Shown: positions 9,151 through 17,782 of the stretch, in pieces | Position numbering within the stretch: the stretch's first letter is position 1 | Layout: each line of letters starts with the position of its first letter | Source of the DNA: an uncultured archaeon | GTDB lineage: Archaea; Aenigmatarchaeota; Aenigmatarchaeia; CG10238-14 | Direction of reading: 5' to 3' | Assembly (NCBI GenBank): GCA_964347415.1 | Contig: CAYFYJ010000009.1 | Location: forward strand, 7,940 to 71,939 | Length of the DNA: 64,000 nucleotides | Made by a program: the position numbers and the translations under genes | Notes under the pieces: generated by a model | Seen by the model: only the letters and a program-made list of their open reading frames with translations | What the model was told of the DNA's origin: nothing | The model's database searches: none

Positions 9151-10796
9151 TCTATCATCTTTCCTTTACCGTATGGTATAATTTTTGTTATTCTTTCTAA
9201 TTGAACTTTAGTTTTTAATTTCTTTTGTATTTTTTTGGCTATTTCATTGGCTGGTAAATCTCCTGGGACTACGATAGCATATCTTTTGACTTCGCTTTTA
9301 ACCATATCTTCAGGACCGAAAATAACTTCATTATCTTTAACCCCGACAACAACTTTAACAGGAATTCTTCTGATCCAATTCCTTTTGTCGTATATCATGA
9401 ACGAACCTGTAGGTAAGCCACCCTCTTTTTTGACTTGATCAGGTTTAACATAATAAACATCCACTGCAGCAATCCCAACCTTCCATGCCTTTGAATAACT
9501 CCCACAGAATTCAGCTGCTTCTTTAATGCTTTGTTTAGGAACTTGTTTCTTCTTTAGATTTTTTATTAACACAAAGGGGGAGCCAGTGATATCAGTATGG
9601 AATACTAAATCTGAATCTTTCATGTGTTTTCTTATCAATTGTTCGTTTGTCTGGGCATCCTTCCCGCCAACGAGTAGAAATCCATCAGAAGACTTTATCC
9701 ATCTAAACTTATCGTACCATTCCTTTTTCCTTTCTTTAGGCTTTGTTTTTTTGACCTTTACTAATTTCTCTTTTTCTAACTCTTTCATGGCTTTGAGCAA
9801 ACCTTCAATTTTTCTCTTAGCTTTCTTGGCCTTTTCAAAATAAATTTCTGCATTCTTTTGGACTGTTTTTTTAGGTTCAACATCTATCGTTAAACCACGA
9901 ATAGTAATTTTTTTCACGTAGGAATCGAGTTTTTTCTTGACTTCTTCATAATTTTCATACAGTAATTTTCCAATCTTCCTGTACTCTATTTCTTTTTGTC
10001 GCCATTTCTTCAAGGCCTCATCTTGATGTTTTTTAATCTTTTCTAACTTCTCTTTAACTTTACCAACTTCCTTTCCGGTTTTAAACTCCTTTTCAAATTC
10101 TTTTATTAAACATTCATTGACATCTCTTAATTCCTTGAATTCTAAGTGGATGTGGTCGATGAAAGAGTATAATCTTGATGTACCAATCTTTTTAGATTTT
10201 TTATCGATCTTGAGTTTCTTACAGATTTTCTCGGCCATTTCTCCGCCGAAACCGAAATCTACTGCTAAGACTCTAACTGCCTCCTTACTCCTAAAATATT
10301 TTTTGAATTCTAGTTGGTTTAATAGAAAGGGATTAACTCTAGGAGGTGGGTACTTGTATACAATCTTTGGTTTTATTGTTCTGTCTTTCCATGATCTCAT
10401 TCTCAAGGCTATGATGATTCTCTTATTTGGCATTTCAGCGAGTATTATATTGCCGTTACCGAATAACTCTAAGATCAACAAGTGATTTTCAGTCTCTATC
10501 TCAACAATTCTGTCAAAGCTGTGCTGCCTTATATCTTGGATGTTTTGACCAGTCAAATATTTTCTAAGGATTTGTCCTAGGTTTGTTAACAATCCGGCCT
10601 CATAACTTTTGTCTGAAATGAAGAACGTTTCATTCGATAAAATGAGATAATTACGTTTTTTTTGTTTGTAAATTTCAAAACAAAATACATTCTTAGAAAT
10701 CTGCTTAACTTTCTGAATCTTTGAACTGATCAAATCTTTTTTTAATTTTTCTACTTGAAATAAGATCTTCAAACTGTTTATTTCTTTCATATTCAT
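9147..10796 (-). CDS. NFACT-family protein (Rqc2/RqcH/FbpA homolog, ribosome quality control)
   Basis: 549 aa. NFACT-N-like N-terminus, long K/E coiled coil, NFACT-R/DUF814-like block (WIKSSDGFLLVGGKDAQTNEQL, HTDITGSPFVLIK). Its stop overlaps the pyrH start (ATGA). Confidence 0.8.
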   Translation of the reverse strand: MNMKEINSLKILFQVEKLKKDLISSKIQKVKQISKNVFCFEIYKQKKRNYLILSNETFFISDKSYEAGLLTNLGQILRKYLTGQNIQDIRQHSFDRIVEIETENHLLILELFGNGNIILAEMPNKRIIIALRMRSWKDRTIKPKIVYKYPPPRVNPFLLNQLEFKKYFRSKEAVRVLAVDFGFGGEMAEKICKKLKIDKKSKKIGTSRLYSFIDHIHLEFKELRDVNECLIKEFEKEFKTGKEVGKVKEKLEKIKKHQDEALKKWRQKEIEYRKIGKLLYENYEEVKKKLDSYVKKITIRGLTIDVEPKKTVQKNAEIYFEKAKKAKRKIEGLLKAMKELEKEKLVKVKKTKPKERKKEWYDKFRWIKSSDGFLLVGGKDAQTNEQLIRKHMKDSDLVFHTDITGSPFVLIKNLKKKQVPKQSIKEAAEFCGSYSKAWKVGIAAVDVYYVKPDQVKKEGGLPTGSFMIYDKRNWIRRIPVKVVVGVKDNEVIFGPEDMVKSEVKRYAIVVPGDLPANEIAKKIQKKLKTKVQLERITKIIPYGKGKMIE

Positions 10797-10840
10797 CTTT
10801 TTGAAATAGAAGTAATATAAAAGCTTAATTTACTTTTGAT

Positions 10841-11500
10841 TTAAGTCCGCTGCTCTAGACAACCTATATCGAACAAAGTCTCATACATATCTTTGACTCT
10901 TGAAGCTAAGCTTTTTTCATATTTACAGCCAGTGGAAACGAATTTAGCTGAAGTGAATAACAGGAATACACTTCCTTTTTCCAAAGGGCCTCTTCCCTTA
11001 GGTAAATATTCCTCTGTATCTCTAGCAATGAGTCCAGGAAACTGTTCAGGTTCATACATGCGTCCATATCTAGGGGGTAGATTATAATGAGCCTTTTCAA
11101 GATCAATAATACCATAGAAATCGCCAGAAGCAACTATGTTCTGGATGGTGACCTCACGAACTCTAAATTTTCTCCTCTCAATATTTTCTAATTCTCTGAT
11201 AATTCTCCTTATTGCTTTTTTAGCCCCCTCCTCGGATTTAGTACCAGTACAGACCATTTTACCTGAGTTAAATATTAATGTGGTGGATCTTGGTGCTATT
11301 AAGCGAAATGGTAATCCTGGAAAAATCTCTGGTCTATATCTCAAACCTCTATGATATTGTGCAATTTTTCTTAAATCTAATCTACTACCGGCTGAAGCTG
11401 TAGCCACTACATTTTCTATATTGTATCTGTATGGTCTTTCTAACATAGAATCTATAAAAATGGTTAAAAATTTAAATACATTTTTTGTGATTTCTCTCAT
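10841..11500 (-). CDS. tbp: TATA-box binding protein
   Basis: Two TBP repeats: [30 protein letters not shown] and [31 protein letters not shown]. The true start may be the internal Met (MLERPY..); the long form overlaps the scpB stop by ATGA. Confidence 0.9.
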   Translation of the reverse strand: [219 protein letters not shown]

Positions 11501-12003
11501 TGATTAAGATCAGGGCCTTCAGTTTTTAATCTATCTTGTATCTCTTGCAAACTCTTACCAAAATATCTCTCAAACTCTTTAGTAATGTTGATTTTCTTGG
11601 TTCTGCCAGCCTTCTCAGTCTTTATCAACTTTTTCTTTTCTAAACTTTTGATGTAGTTGTAAGCCTTATTTCCTTGGATCTTTATTATCTCGGACTGTAG
11701 GACCGGCTGACGCAAAGCCACAATGCTCAAAGTTCTTAATGCTCCCTTAGAAATATCGGCATAAGTAGTTAAACCAGCAACGCTCTCCAGGAATTGGTCC
11801 TTGACTTGGAATTGGTAGCCTTCTGGAGTTAAAGCCAAAATTATTCCTCGAGAAGCTGCATCAAACTCTTTTTTTATTTCGTCCAATATTTTCTTTATTT
11901 CTTTTGTTGAAGTTATCCCAGAAATCTTCGAGAGTGCACTCACCTTAACAGGATTCTCTGAGACGAACAATGCCGCTTCTATCAGAGCTTTCTTGTCTTT
12001 CAA
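11497..12003 (-). CDS. scpB: Segregation and condensation protein B
   Basis: 168 aa. KALIEAALFVSENPVKVSALSKISG N-terminus and tandem winged-helix layout typical of ScpB. Confidence 0.8.
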   Translation of the reverse strand: MKDKKALIEAALFVSENPVKVSALSKISGITSTKEIKKILDEIKKEFDAASRGIILALTPEGYQFQVKDQFLESVAGLTTYADISKGALRTLSIVALRQPVLQSEIIKIQGNKAYNYIKSLEKKKLIKTEKAGRTKKINITKEFERYFGKSLQEIQDRLKTEGPDLNQ

Positions 12004-12092
12004 TTGAACACCTTTAATATATTATTGACATTCATTTTTATAAGGTGTTACTAAATTTAAACTCACAAGATAAAAATTATTAAGATGGTAGA

Positions 12093-13373
12093 ATGCTCGA
12101 CATAAAACTCATTAGGGAACATCCAGAAACCGTAAAGAAAAACTTGAAGAAGAGAAAAGAAGATGATAAAATAAAATGGGTAGAAGACCTTCTAAAACAT
12201 GATAAAAGATGGCGAGAATTAATCCAAAAAACCAATGACCTCAGAAGAAAGAGAAACGTAATAACTCAAGAAATAGCACAACTCATGAAAAAGAAGAAAG
12301 ACGTTAAAACTAAGATGAAAGAAGTTAAAGCGATACCAGGACAGATAAAGAAACTAGAAGCTCAAGCTAACGATTACGGGAAAAAAGCTAAGACGATTCT
12401 GATGAAGCTTCCCAACATTTTACATGAATCAGTTCCTTACGGAAAAGATGAGAACGATAATGTTGTTATAAGAACTTGGGGTAAACCTCCGAAGTTTTAT
12501 TTCAAACCAAAAAACCATATGGAAATAGCTCTTGACTTGGGATTAATAGATGCTGAAAGGGCTGCTAAAATAGCTGGAGCAGGATTCTATTACTTTAAAA
12601 AGGAGTTGGTTCTTCTAGATCTAGCCATACAAAGGTTTGCTATCAAACACTTGATGAAAAAGGGTTATACTTTGATAGAACCTCCTTTCATGATCAGAAA
12701 GAAACCTTATGAAGGTGTAACAGACTTATCCGATTTCGAATTAGTAACATACAGAGTCGAAGGTGAAGATCTTTTCTTAATAGCCACATCAGAACATCCT
12801 ATGGCTGCTATGTTTATGGACGAAATTTTAAACAAACAAGATTTACCGATAAAATTCGTTGGAGTCAGTCCTTGTTTTAGGAAAGAAATAGGAACTCATG
12901 GGAAATACACTAAAGGATTGTTCAGGATGCATCAATTCAATAAGGTTGAGCAATTCATTTTCTGTCTACCCGAACAATCCTGGAAATTACATGAAGAACT
13001 GCAAAAAAATTGTGAAGAACTCTATCAAGCTTTAGGTCTACATTACAGAGTCGTTAATGTCTGTACTGGTGACATAGGAACTATAGCTGCGAAGAAATTC
13101 GATACTGAAGTTTGGATGGCAGATGAAAAATTTAGAGAAGTTGGTTCTAATTCTAATTGTACAGACTATCAGGCGAGGAGGTTGAATACAAGATTCAGGG
13201 AAAAGGAAGGTCAAGCGCCTATAGAATTTGTCCACACTTTGAACAATACTGCTTTGGCTACGAGTAGGACTATGATGGCTATCTTAGAGCAATTCCAACA
13301 AAAGGACGGTTCTGTTATTATTCCGGAAGTCTTGAAACCGTTCATGAATGGAGTTGAAAAATTAGAGAAATAG
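12093..13373 (+). CDS. serS: Seryl-tRNA synthetase
   Basis: 426 aa. N-terminal coiled-coil arm, class II motifs (FRKEIGTHGKYTKGLFRMHQFNKVE, GSNSNCTDYQARRL, NNTALATSRTMMAILE). Confidence 0.95.
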   Translation: MLDIKLIREHPETVKKNLKKRKEDDKIKWVEDLLKHDKRWRELIQKTNDLRRKRNVITQEIAQLMKKKKDVKTKMKEVKAIPGQIKKLEAQANDYGKKAKTILMKLPNILHESVPYGKDENDNVVIRTWGKPPKFYFKPKNHMEIALDLGLIDAERAAKIAGAGFYYFKKELVLLDLAIQRFAIKHLMKKGYTLIEPPFMIRKKPYEGVTDLSDFELVTYRVEGEDLFLIATSEHPMAAMFMDEILNKQDLPIKFVGVSPCFRKEIGTHGKYTKGLFRMHQFNKVEQFIFCLPEQSWKLHEELQKNCEELYQALGLHYRVVNVCTGDIGTIAAKKFDTEVWMADEKFREVGSNSNCTDYQARRLNTRFREKEGQAPIEFVHTLNNTALATSRTMMAILEQFQQKDGSVIIPEVLKPFMNGVEKLEK

Positions 13374-13379
13374 AATTTC

Positions 13380-14234
13380 TTAAACAAAAAGATCCATCAA
13401 AAACATAATTCCATCCCCGAAAACCAGGGTAAATATTAATGCTATAGGAAATGCAGGGGCAAACCGAACCCCTTCTTTAATCCAAATGTATTTTTTACCA
13501 GATTTCTTTATTTTTCTTATTTCTTTTTCAGTTATTCCTTCCCATACCTTGTAATAGTCAGGTACGTCCCCTACTTTCAGTTTAGAGACAGGAATCTTCT
13601 TCTTAAAACCAATATTCTCAACGGCTTTAACAAACTTCCAAAGAATGTAAAGTCCAGCACTCGCTAATCCAATAGTTACCACTAGAATCGTGAATTCCTT
13701 TAAAGGCAAGAACTCAAAATATCTTGCGGATAACAGACCCATTAATATAACAGACGCAATCAAAGCAGAATTGTATACCAAAATCATCCTGGCGTTGGCT
13801 TTCAAATCTTTGAAAAAAGAACTCCATATTCTTTTATTGGTGACGGATAGTGCAAACGCGTAAACTATCATGTAGATTGCTCCGATTAAAAACACGTTGA
13901 AGAATAAACCGATTGAGAACGGGAGGATTAATTTTGCTGATTGGTATGTCGGAACTAAAAAACCAAGAGCAGATAATATTTTTGCGTCACCACCTCCCCA
14001 CTGCCCGAGATAGTACATTACAAAACCAAAGCCAAGAAATCCTAGTCCAGCAATCATAGAATAAACAAAAGGCCAATAACTCCAAGTAAGATAGGATGCA
14101 ATGATATTTCCTATGATACCGATAGCGATCATGACGTAAGGAATTTTGTCAGGAATTTCAGTTGTTTTCAAATCAAAAAACCCAGCAGCAGCAGAACCAA
14201 TGAATGCTACAAGAAAAAGTAATATCTCAAGCAT
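13380..14234 (-). CDS. A24-family prepilin/preflagellin (archaellin) signal peptidase
   Basis: Polytopic membrane protein with the two catalytic-Asp motifs (FFDLKTTEIPD and GGGDAKILSALG). Confidence 0.8.
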   Translation of the reverse strand: MLEILLFLVAFIGSAAAGFFDLKTTEIPDKIPYVMIAIGIIGNIIASYLTWSYWPFVYSMIAGLGFLGFGFVMYYLGQWGGGDAKILSALGFLVPTYQSAKLILPFSIGLFFNVFLIGAIYMIVYAFALSVTNKRIWSSFFKDLKANARMILVYNSALIASVILMGLLSARYFEFLPLKEFTILVVTIGLASAGLYILWKFVKAVENIGFKKKIPVSKLKVGDVPDYYKVWEGITEKEIRKIKKSGKKYIWIKEGVRFAPAFPIALIFTLVFGDGIMFLMDLFV

Positions 14235-14263
14235 AATATATTCTTGAATTAAAAGAATATTAA

Positions 14264-14407
14264 TTAGCTGTATTTTTTAAATCCCATCTTTTTAGCTGTT
14301 TCTCTCCAACACTGCCTGCAATAGTTCAATCCATATTTTCTTATAACACCACCATGTCTGCCGCATTTCCTGCATTTCAGTGCTCCTTTACCGAATTTTC
14401 TCTTCAT
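14264..14407 (-). CDS. rps14: Ribosomal protein uS14 (zinc-binding type Z)
   Basis: Below the ORF-track size cutoff; my own translation is [47 protein letters not shown] (47 aa). CxxC..CxxC plus the expected position after uL5. Confidence 0.85.
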   Translation of the reverse strand: MKRKFGKGALKCRKCGRHGGVIRKYGLNYCRQCWRETAKKMGFKKYS

Positions 14408-14589
14408 CCCCCAACATCACCAAATATTTCTAGAATATGAACATCATCTTCGAAAACTTTGGTTGCCATTTCTCTAAAAACTTTCCCATAGACTTTTTTC
14501 ATATTGTTCTCTAACAGAGATTTCTTAAAAATCACACCAGTCAACTTAGTCGTCATCTCGTAAACCCAAAGTTCATCATCCAACCACAT
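14404..14589 (-). CDS. Hypothetical 61-aa protein inserted between uL5 and uS14
   Basis: The ATG lies 14 nt inside the uL5 3' end, and its TGA overlaps the uS14 ATG (ATGA). No recognisable motif; support is positional and coupling-based only. Confidence 0.4.
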   Translation of the reverse strand: MWLDDELWVYEMTTKLTGVIFKKSLLENNMKKVYGKVFREMATKVFEDDVHILEIFGDVGG

Positions 14590-15085
14590 TCACCCCAAAT
14601 CTATTTTTTAACCATTCGATAGTTTCGGTTTTTGTTATTAAATGTTTTTTACTGATTTTTGACTTTTTATTCTTTCGCTTTTTTACTCTATAACCAGGTC
14701 TCTCTAAAGTAACACAAACATCCATACCTATAATTCCGACATCAGGATCATAATTGGCTTTTGGAAGGTCTATGTATTCTTTTATGCCGATAGAGAAATT
14801 ATCACCGCTGATCTGTTTCTCTTTTAACTCATTATCCGCGGCCTGTAAGGCATCTTTCAAGAAGTTAATGGCTTTATCCTTTCTTAAGGTGACTTTAACG
14901 CCTATCGCTTTTTTCTGTGCCATTCCAAAAGTGGTTCTTCTTTTTGTTCGAGTTATTAATGGTTTTTGACCAGTAAGACTTTGTAAAAGTTTTTGAGCTC
15001 TTTTTAATTTATCCTGATCACTACCACAACCTATATTCAACGTAACTTTTTCAATTCTTATTTCCCGCATAGGATTCTCCTTCAT
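14576..15085 (-). CDS. rpl5: Ribosomal protein uL5
   Basis: NPMREIRIEKVTLNIGCG.. and the conserved operon position. Confidence 0.95.
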   Translation of the reverse strand: MKENPMREIRIEKVTLNIGCGSDQDKLKRAQKLLQSLTGQKPLITRTKRRTTFGMAQKKAIGVKVTLRKDKAINFLKDALQAADNELKEKQISGDNFSIGIKEYIDLPKANYDPDVGIIGMDVCVTLERPGYRVKKRKNKKSKISKKHLITKTETIEWLKNRFGVNVVG

Positions 15086-15786
15086 GCACTCACTTTAATC
15101 TCAGGTTTGTTTTTCCCTACGACAAAAACATAATCCATTATAGCTTCAAATTCTTTTTCTTTTGTTGTGCAGATAATCTTGTTCGGTTCTCTTGTTCTCT
15201 TTATTATGATCTCTTTTATTTTTGCTACCGTTCCTCTGTTCTGGCCACCTACTATGATAGACAACATGTCTTTATCCATTTTCAGATGATCGACGATCTT
15301 CTGTGATGGTAATTCTATTAAAACAGTGTCACCAGTTTTGAAGACCTTTTTATCAGAAAGGATATTCTTTCCGTCATGCAAGTTCAATTGAAGCTTTCCA
15401 CCCTTAACCACGGATTTTCCATTTATTCTACAGGGCTTGAGTTTAGATTCTTGTTTGCTCGTTTCTATCAAATCAAACCCTGCTTTAGAAGGAACAAGCC
15501 TATACTGTTTATCTAACTTGGGAATATCTATTATATCAAATAATCCGACAGGATATTTATGATCTCTTCTCGGTTTTCCATCAACGAATATTTCTTTTGT
15601 TTTAATTATCTTTTTAGCATCAGAAGCAGTATCCACTAATTTTATGATATCTCTAACGATGATCAGGAGTGGAATAGATTCGAATTTTTTATGAGGACCT
15701 GGTCTTGGTGCCACTACCCATTTTCTTTTTTTTGGTGGCATTCTCCAAAACTTTGGAACTAGCAGTCTTTTCAGATGTTTTTTCAT
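15082..15786 (-). CDS. rps4e: Ribosomal protein eS4
   Basis: MKKHLKRLLVPKFWRMPPKKRKWVVAPRPGPH.. is a canonical S4e N-terminus. AAGGAGG lies 6 nt upstream of the ATG. Confidence 0.95.
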   Translation of the reverse strand: MKKHLKRLLVPKFWRMPPKKRKWVVAPRPGPHKKFESIPLLIIVRDIIKLVDTASDAKKIIKTKEIFVDGKPRRDHKYPVGLFDIIDIPKLDKQYRLVPSKAGFDLIETSKQESKLKPCRINGKSVVKGGKLQLNLHDGKNILSDKKVFKTGDTVLIELPSQKIVDHLKMDKDMLSIIVGGQNRGTVAKIKEIIIKRTREPNKIICTTKEKEFEAIMDYVFVVGKNKPEIKVSA

Positions 15787-16180
15787 GTTTTTCCTCCTTC
15801 TTTACACTACGAGTTAAAGCTTTTATTCTTTTTTTATCCTCGAGGTTTAAATTGATAATTTTTAAGTTACTGGGATGTATTGGGACTTGGATTTCTGAAC
15901 CATCGACTTTCTTTCTAGTTATTCCGTCTATGTAAATTTTTATTTTATTCAGATCGACCCTCGATATTTTTCCAGTTTTTTTCTTGAATTTGCCTTTCAT
16001 GATTTGGATTTCATCCCCCTTCCTCACAGGAAATGCTCTTTTCTTATATTTTTCTCTCAATTCTTTCGATAGATGGGCGGAAAGAAACTTGTGTCTGACG
16101 TGTAGTGGAGCGTGATAAACGTACTTTCTTTGTTTTCTTGGTTTTTTTGAAGATTTCCAATGTTTTGACCAGAATTTCAT
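15689..16180 (-). CDS. rpl24: Ribosomal protein uL24 with a ~32-aa C-terminal extension overlapping eS4
   Basis: KKPRKQRKYVYHAPLHVRHKFLSAHLSKELREKY..KGDEIQIMKGKFKKKTGKISRV (KOW). The frame stays open 98 nt past the eS4 ATG. Confidence 0.9.
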   Translation of the reverse strand: MKFWSKHWKSSKKPRKQRKYVYHAPLHVRHKFLSAHLSKELREKYKKRAFPVRKGDEIQIMKGKFKKKTGKISRVDLNKIKIYIDGITRKKVDGSEIQVPIHPSNLKIINLNLEDKKRIKALTRSVKKEEKHEKTSEKTASSKVLENATKKKKMGSGTKTRSS

Positions 16181-16689
16181 TCTACCACTCTCACTAATTT
16201 TAGGTCGTTTCCAGATTCCTTCATCACGAATTCTTTGTAGGCTGGTTGATCTGAATTGAAATTGTTGAGCATTATCACGTCGGACGGTATCATGGTTTTC
16301 TTATCTTCCTCATTTATTGGAAAACTGAACCATCTGAATTTTTCGACATCAGTATCCTCAACTTTTTCGAGTCTTTCTTTAGTTTCATCCAAATCAACTT
16401 TGACAACTATGAAGAGTAAATGATGTTTTATATTATCTTTCTCATCTAAGATCATTTCAGAATACATTCCATTGATTTTTGGGTTCTTTACAGCAAAGCC
16501 AGTTTCTTCCATAACTTCTTGAATCGCCACATCCCTTATTTCTTTTCCGAACGTCTGTCTGCCTCCTATGAGTCCCCAATGACCCGATAATGGTTCTCGC
16601 TTTCTCTTCACTAACAAAACCTTATTTTCGTTCAAAACTCCAATCAAACAGACTGTTAAAGGATTTTTTTCTTTGTACATATCTAACAT
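16177..16689 (-). CDS. Nudix hydrolase
   Basis: Nudix box GGRQTFGKEIRDVAIQEVMEETGF (Gx5Ex7REUxEExGU). The start abuts the uL14 stop, and the stop overlaps the uL24 ATG (ATGA). Confidence 0.85.
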   Translation of the reverse strand: MLDMYKEKNPLTVCLIGVLNENKVLLVKRKREPLSGHWGLIGGRQTFGKEIRDVAIQEVMEETGFAVKNPKINGMYSEMILDEKDNIKHHLLFIVVKVDLDETKERLEKVEDTDVEKFRWFSFPINEEDKKTMIPSDVIMLNNFNSDQPAYKEFVMKESGNDLKLVRVVE

Positions 16690-17088
16690 TTAAACCACCA
16701 CGCTAGCGATCTTACCGATTGAAAGAAACCTATCGACGACTTCTTTTGCCATCGGTCCTTTTACCTGGGAACCTACTGGCTCATTTTTTTCATTGATCAT
16801 AATGGCAGCATTATCCTCAAATTTAATCCTTAGACCGTTAGTTCTCCTGTATTCTTTTTTCTGCCTTATTATAACAGCTCTGACCACTTGTTTTCTCCAC
16901 TTCACTGTCCCTTCTTTAACAGTACATTTAACTACATCTGCCACACCAGCAGAAGGTTTTCTCCTTCTTACACCTTTGTAACCAAAAACTGAAATTAATT
17001 GCATTTTCTTGGCTCCAGTATTGTCTGCACAAACGATGTATGCCCCGACCGGAATGGCTTTAGTAATTCTTGCTTTTATCGCTTTCAT
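16690..17088 (-). CDS. rpl14: Ribosomal protein uL14
   Basis: 132 aa; ..CADNTGAKKMQLISV..IRQKKEYRRTNG.. is typical of L14. Confidence 0.95.
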   Translation of the reverse strand: MKAIKARITKAIPVGAYIVCADNTGAKKMQLISVFGYKGVRRRKPSAGVADVVKCTVKEGTVKWRKQVVRAVIIRQKKEYRRTNGLRIKFEDNAAIMINEKNEPVGSQVKGPMAKEVVDRFLSIGKIASVVV

Positions 17089-17421
17089 CTAACTCATCTT
17101 CTCTATAACTACAAAATGTTTCGTCTTACTCAAGGGTCTACATTCGGCTATCTTAACCTTATCGCCTTTTTTAGCATTAATACAGACAGGATTATGGGCA
17201 GGTGTTCGGCTTCTCCTTCTCTCATACCTGTCGTACTTAGGAACAAAATGAAGATAGTCTCTTTCGACTACAACAGTATCAGACATTTTGCTGGAAACAA
17301 CATTACCTTCAATAATCTTACCCCTAACTGGAAGTTTTCCATGGAACGGACAGTTTGGATCATCACATTCCTTTTCAGGTTGTTTAACATCATAACCTAT
17401 GTCCTTGACTTTTTTTTTCAT
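17089..17421 (-). CDS. rps17: Ribosomal protein uS17
   Basis: 110 aa; [47 protein letters not shown]. Confidence 0.95.
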   Translation of the reverse strand: MKKKVKDIGYDVKQPEKECDDPNCPFHGKLPVRGKIIEGNVVSSKMSDTVVVERDYLHFVPKYDRYERRRSRTPAHNPVCINAKKGDKVKIAECRPLSKTKHFVVIEKMS

Positions 17422-17422
17422 T

Positions 17423-17704
17423 TCACCATCTCGGCAATTTCTTCTTAATCCTATCTTCAGGTCGGCCTATTAATACGTTTCCGTCGACCTGAACTTTTGT
17501 TCCATTTGGCAATGTAAATATAAATATGGTTATGTCCTTGGGTATATTCCTTTCGCCCTTGTTAGTTTCTATTTTCAGCATTTTATAAGTTTCGTCTATT
17601 ACCCTTCCTCTTAAACCTATTTGAGACTTGTTCTTGCTTTGTTTAATCTTTGCTTCCAGGCCTATCAGTTCGTGTCTAACTAGATTCTGAGGTGTTATCG
17701 GCAT
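17423..17704 (-). CDS. rnp1: RNase P protein component 1 (Rpp29/Pop4)
   Basis: [46 protein letters not shown], with the usual archaeal position directly upstream of S17. Confidence 0.8.
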   Translation of the reverse strand: MPITPQNLVRHELIGLEAKIKQSKNKSQIGLRGRVIDETYKMLKIETNKGERNIPKDITIFIFTLPNGTKVQVDGNVLIGRPEDRIKKKLPRW

Positions 17705-17782
17705 ATACGCAATTTTACTTTGTGAAACTTTAAATTTTGCTAAAAACAGAAAATTTTAAAAATTTAGTCTTTCCCTTCTTAA

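Noticed and set aside
12007-12049. 8-bp inverted repeat AACACCTT...AAGGTGTT in the scpB/serS divergent intergenic region.
   Set aside because: The arms are short with a 27-nt AT-rich spacer. It could be an operator but is within chance expectation, so it is not reported as a feature.
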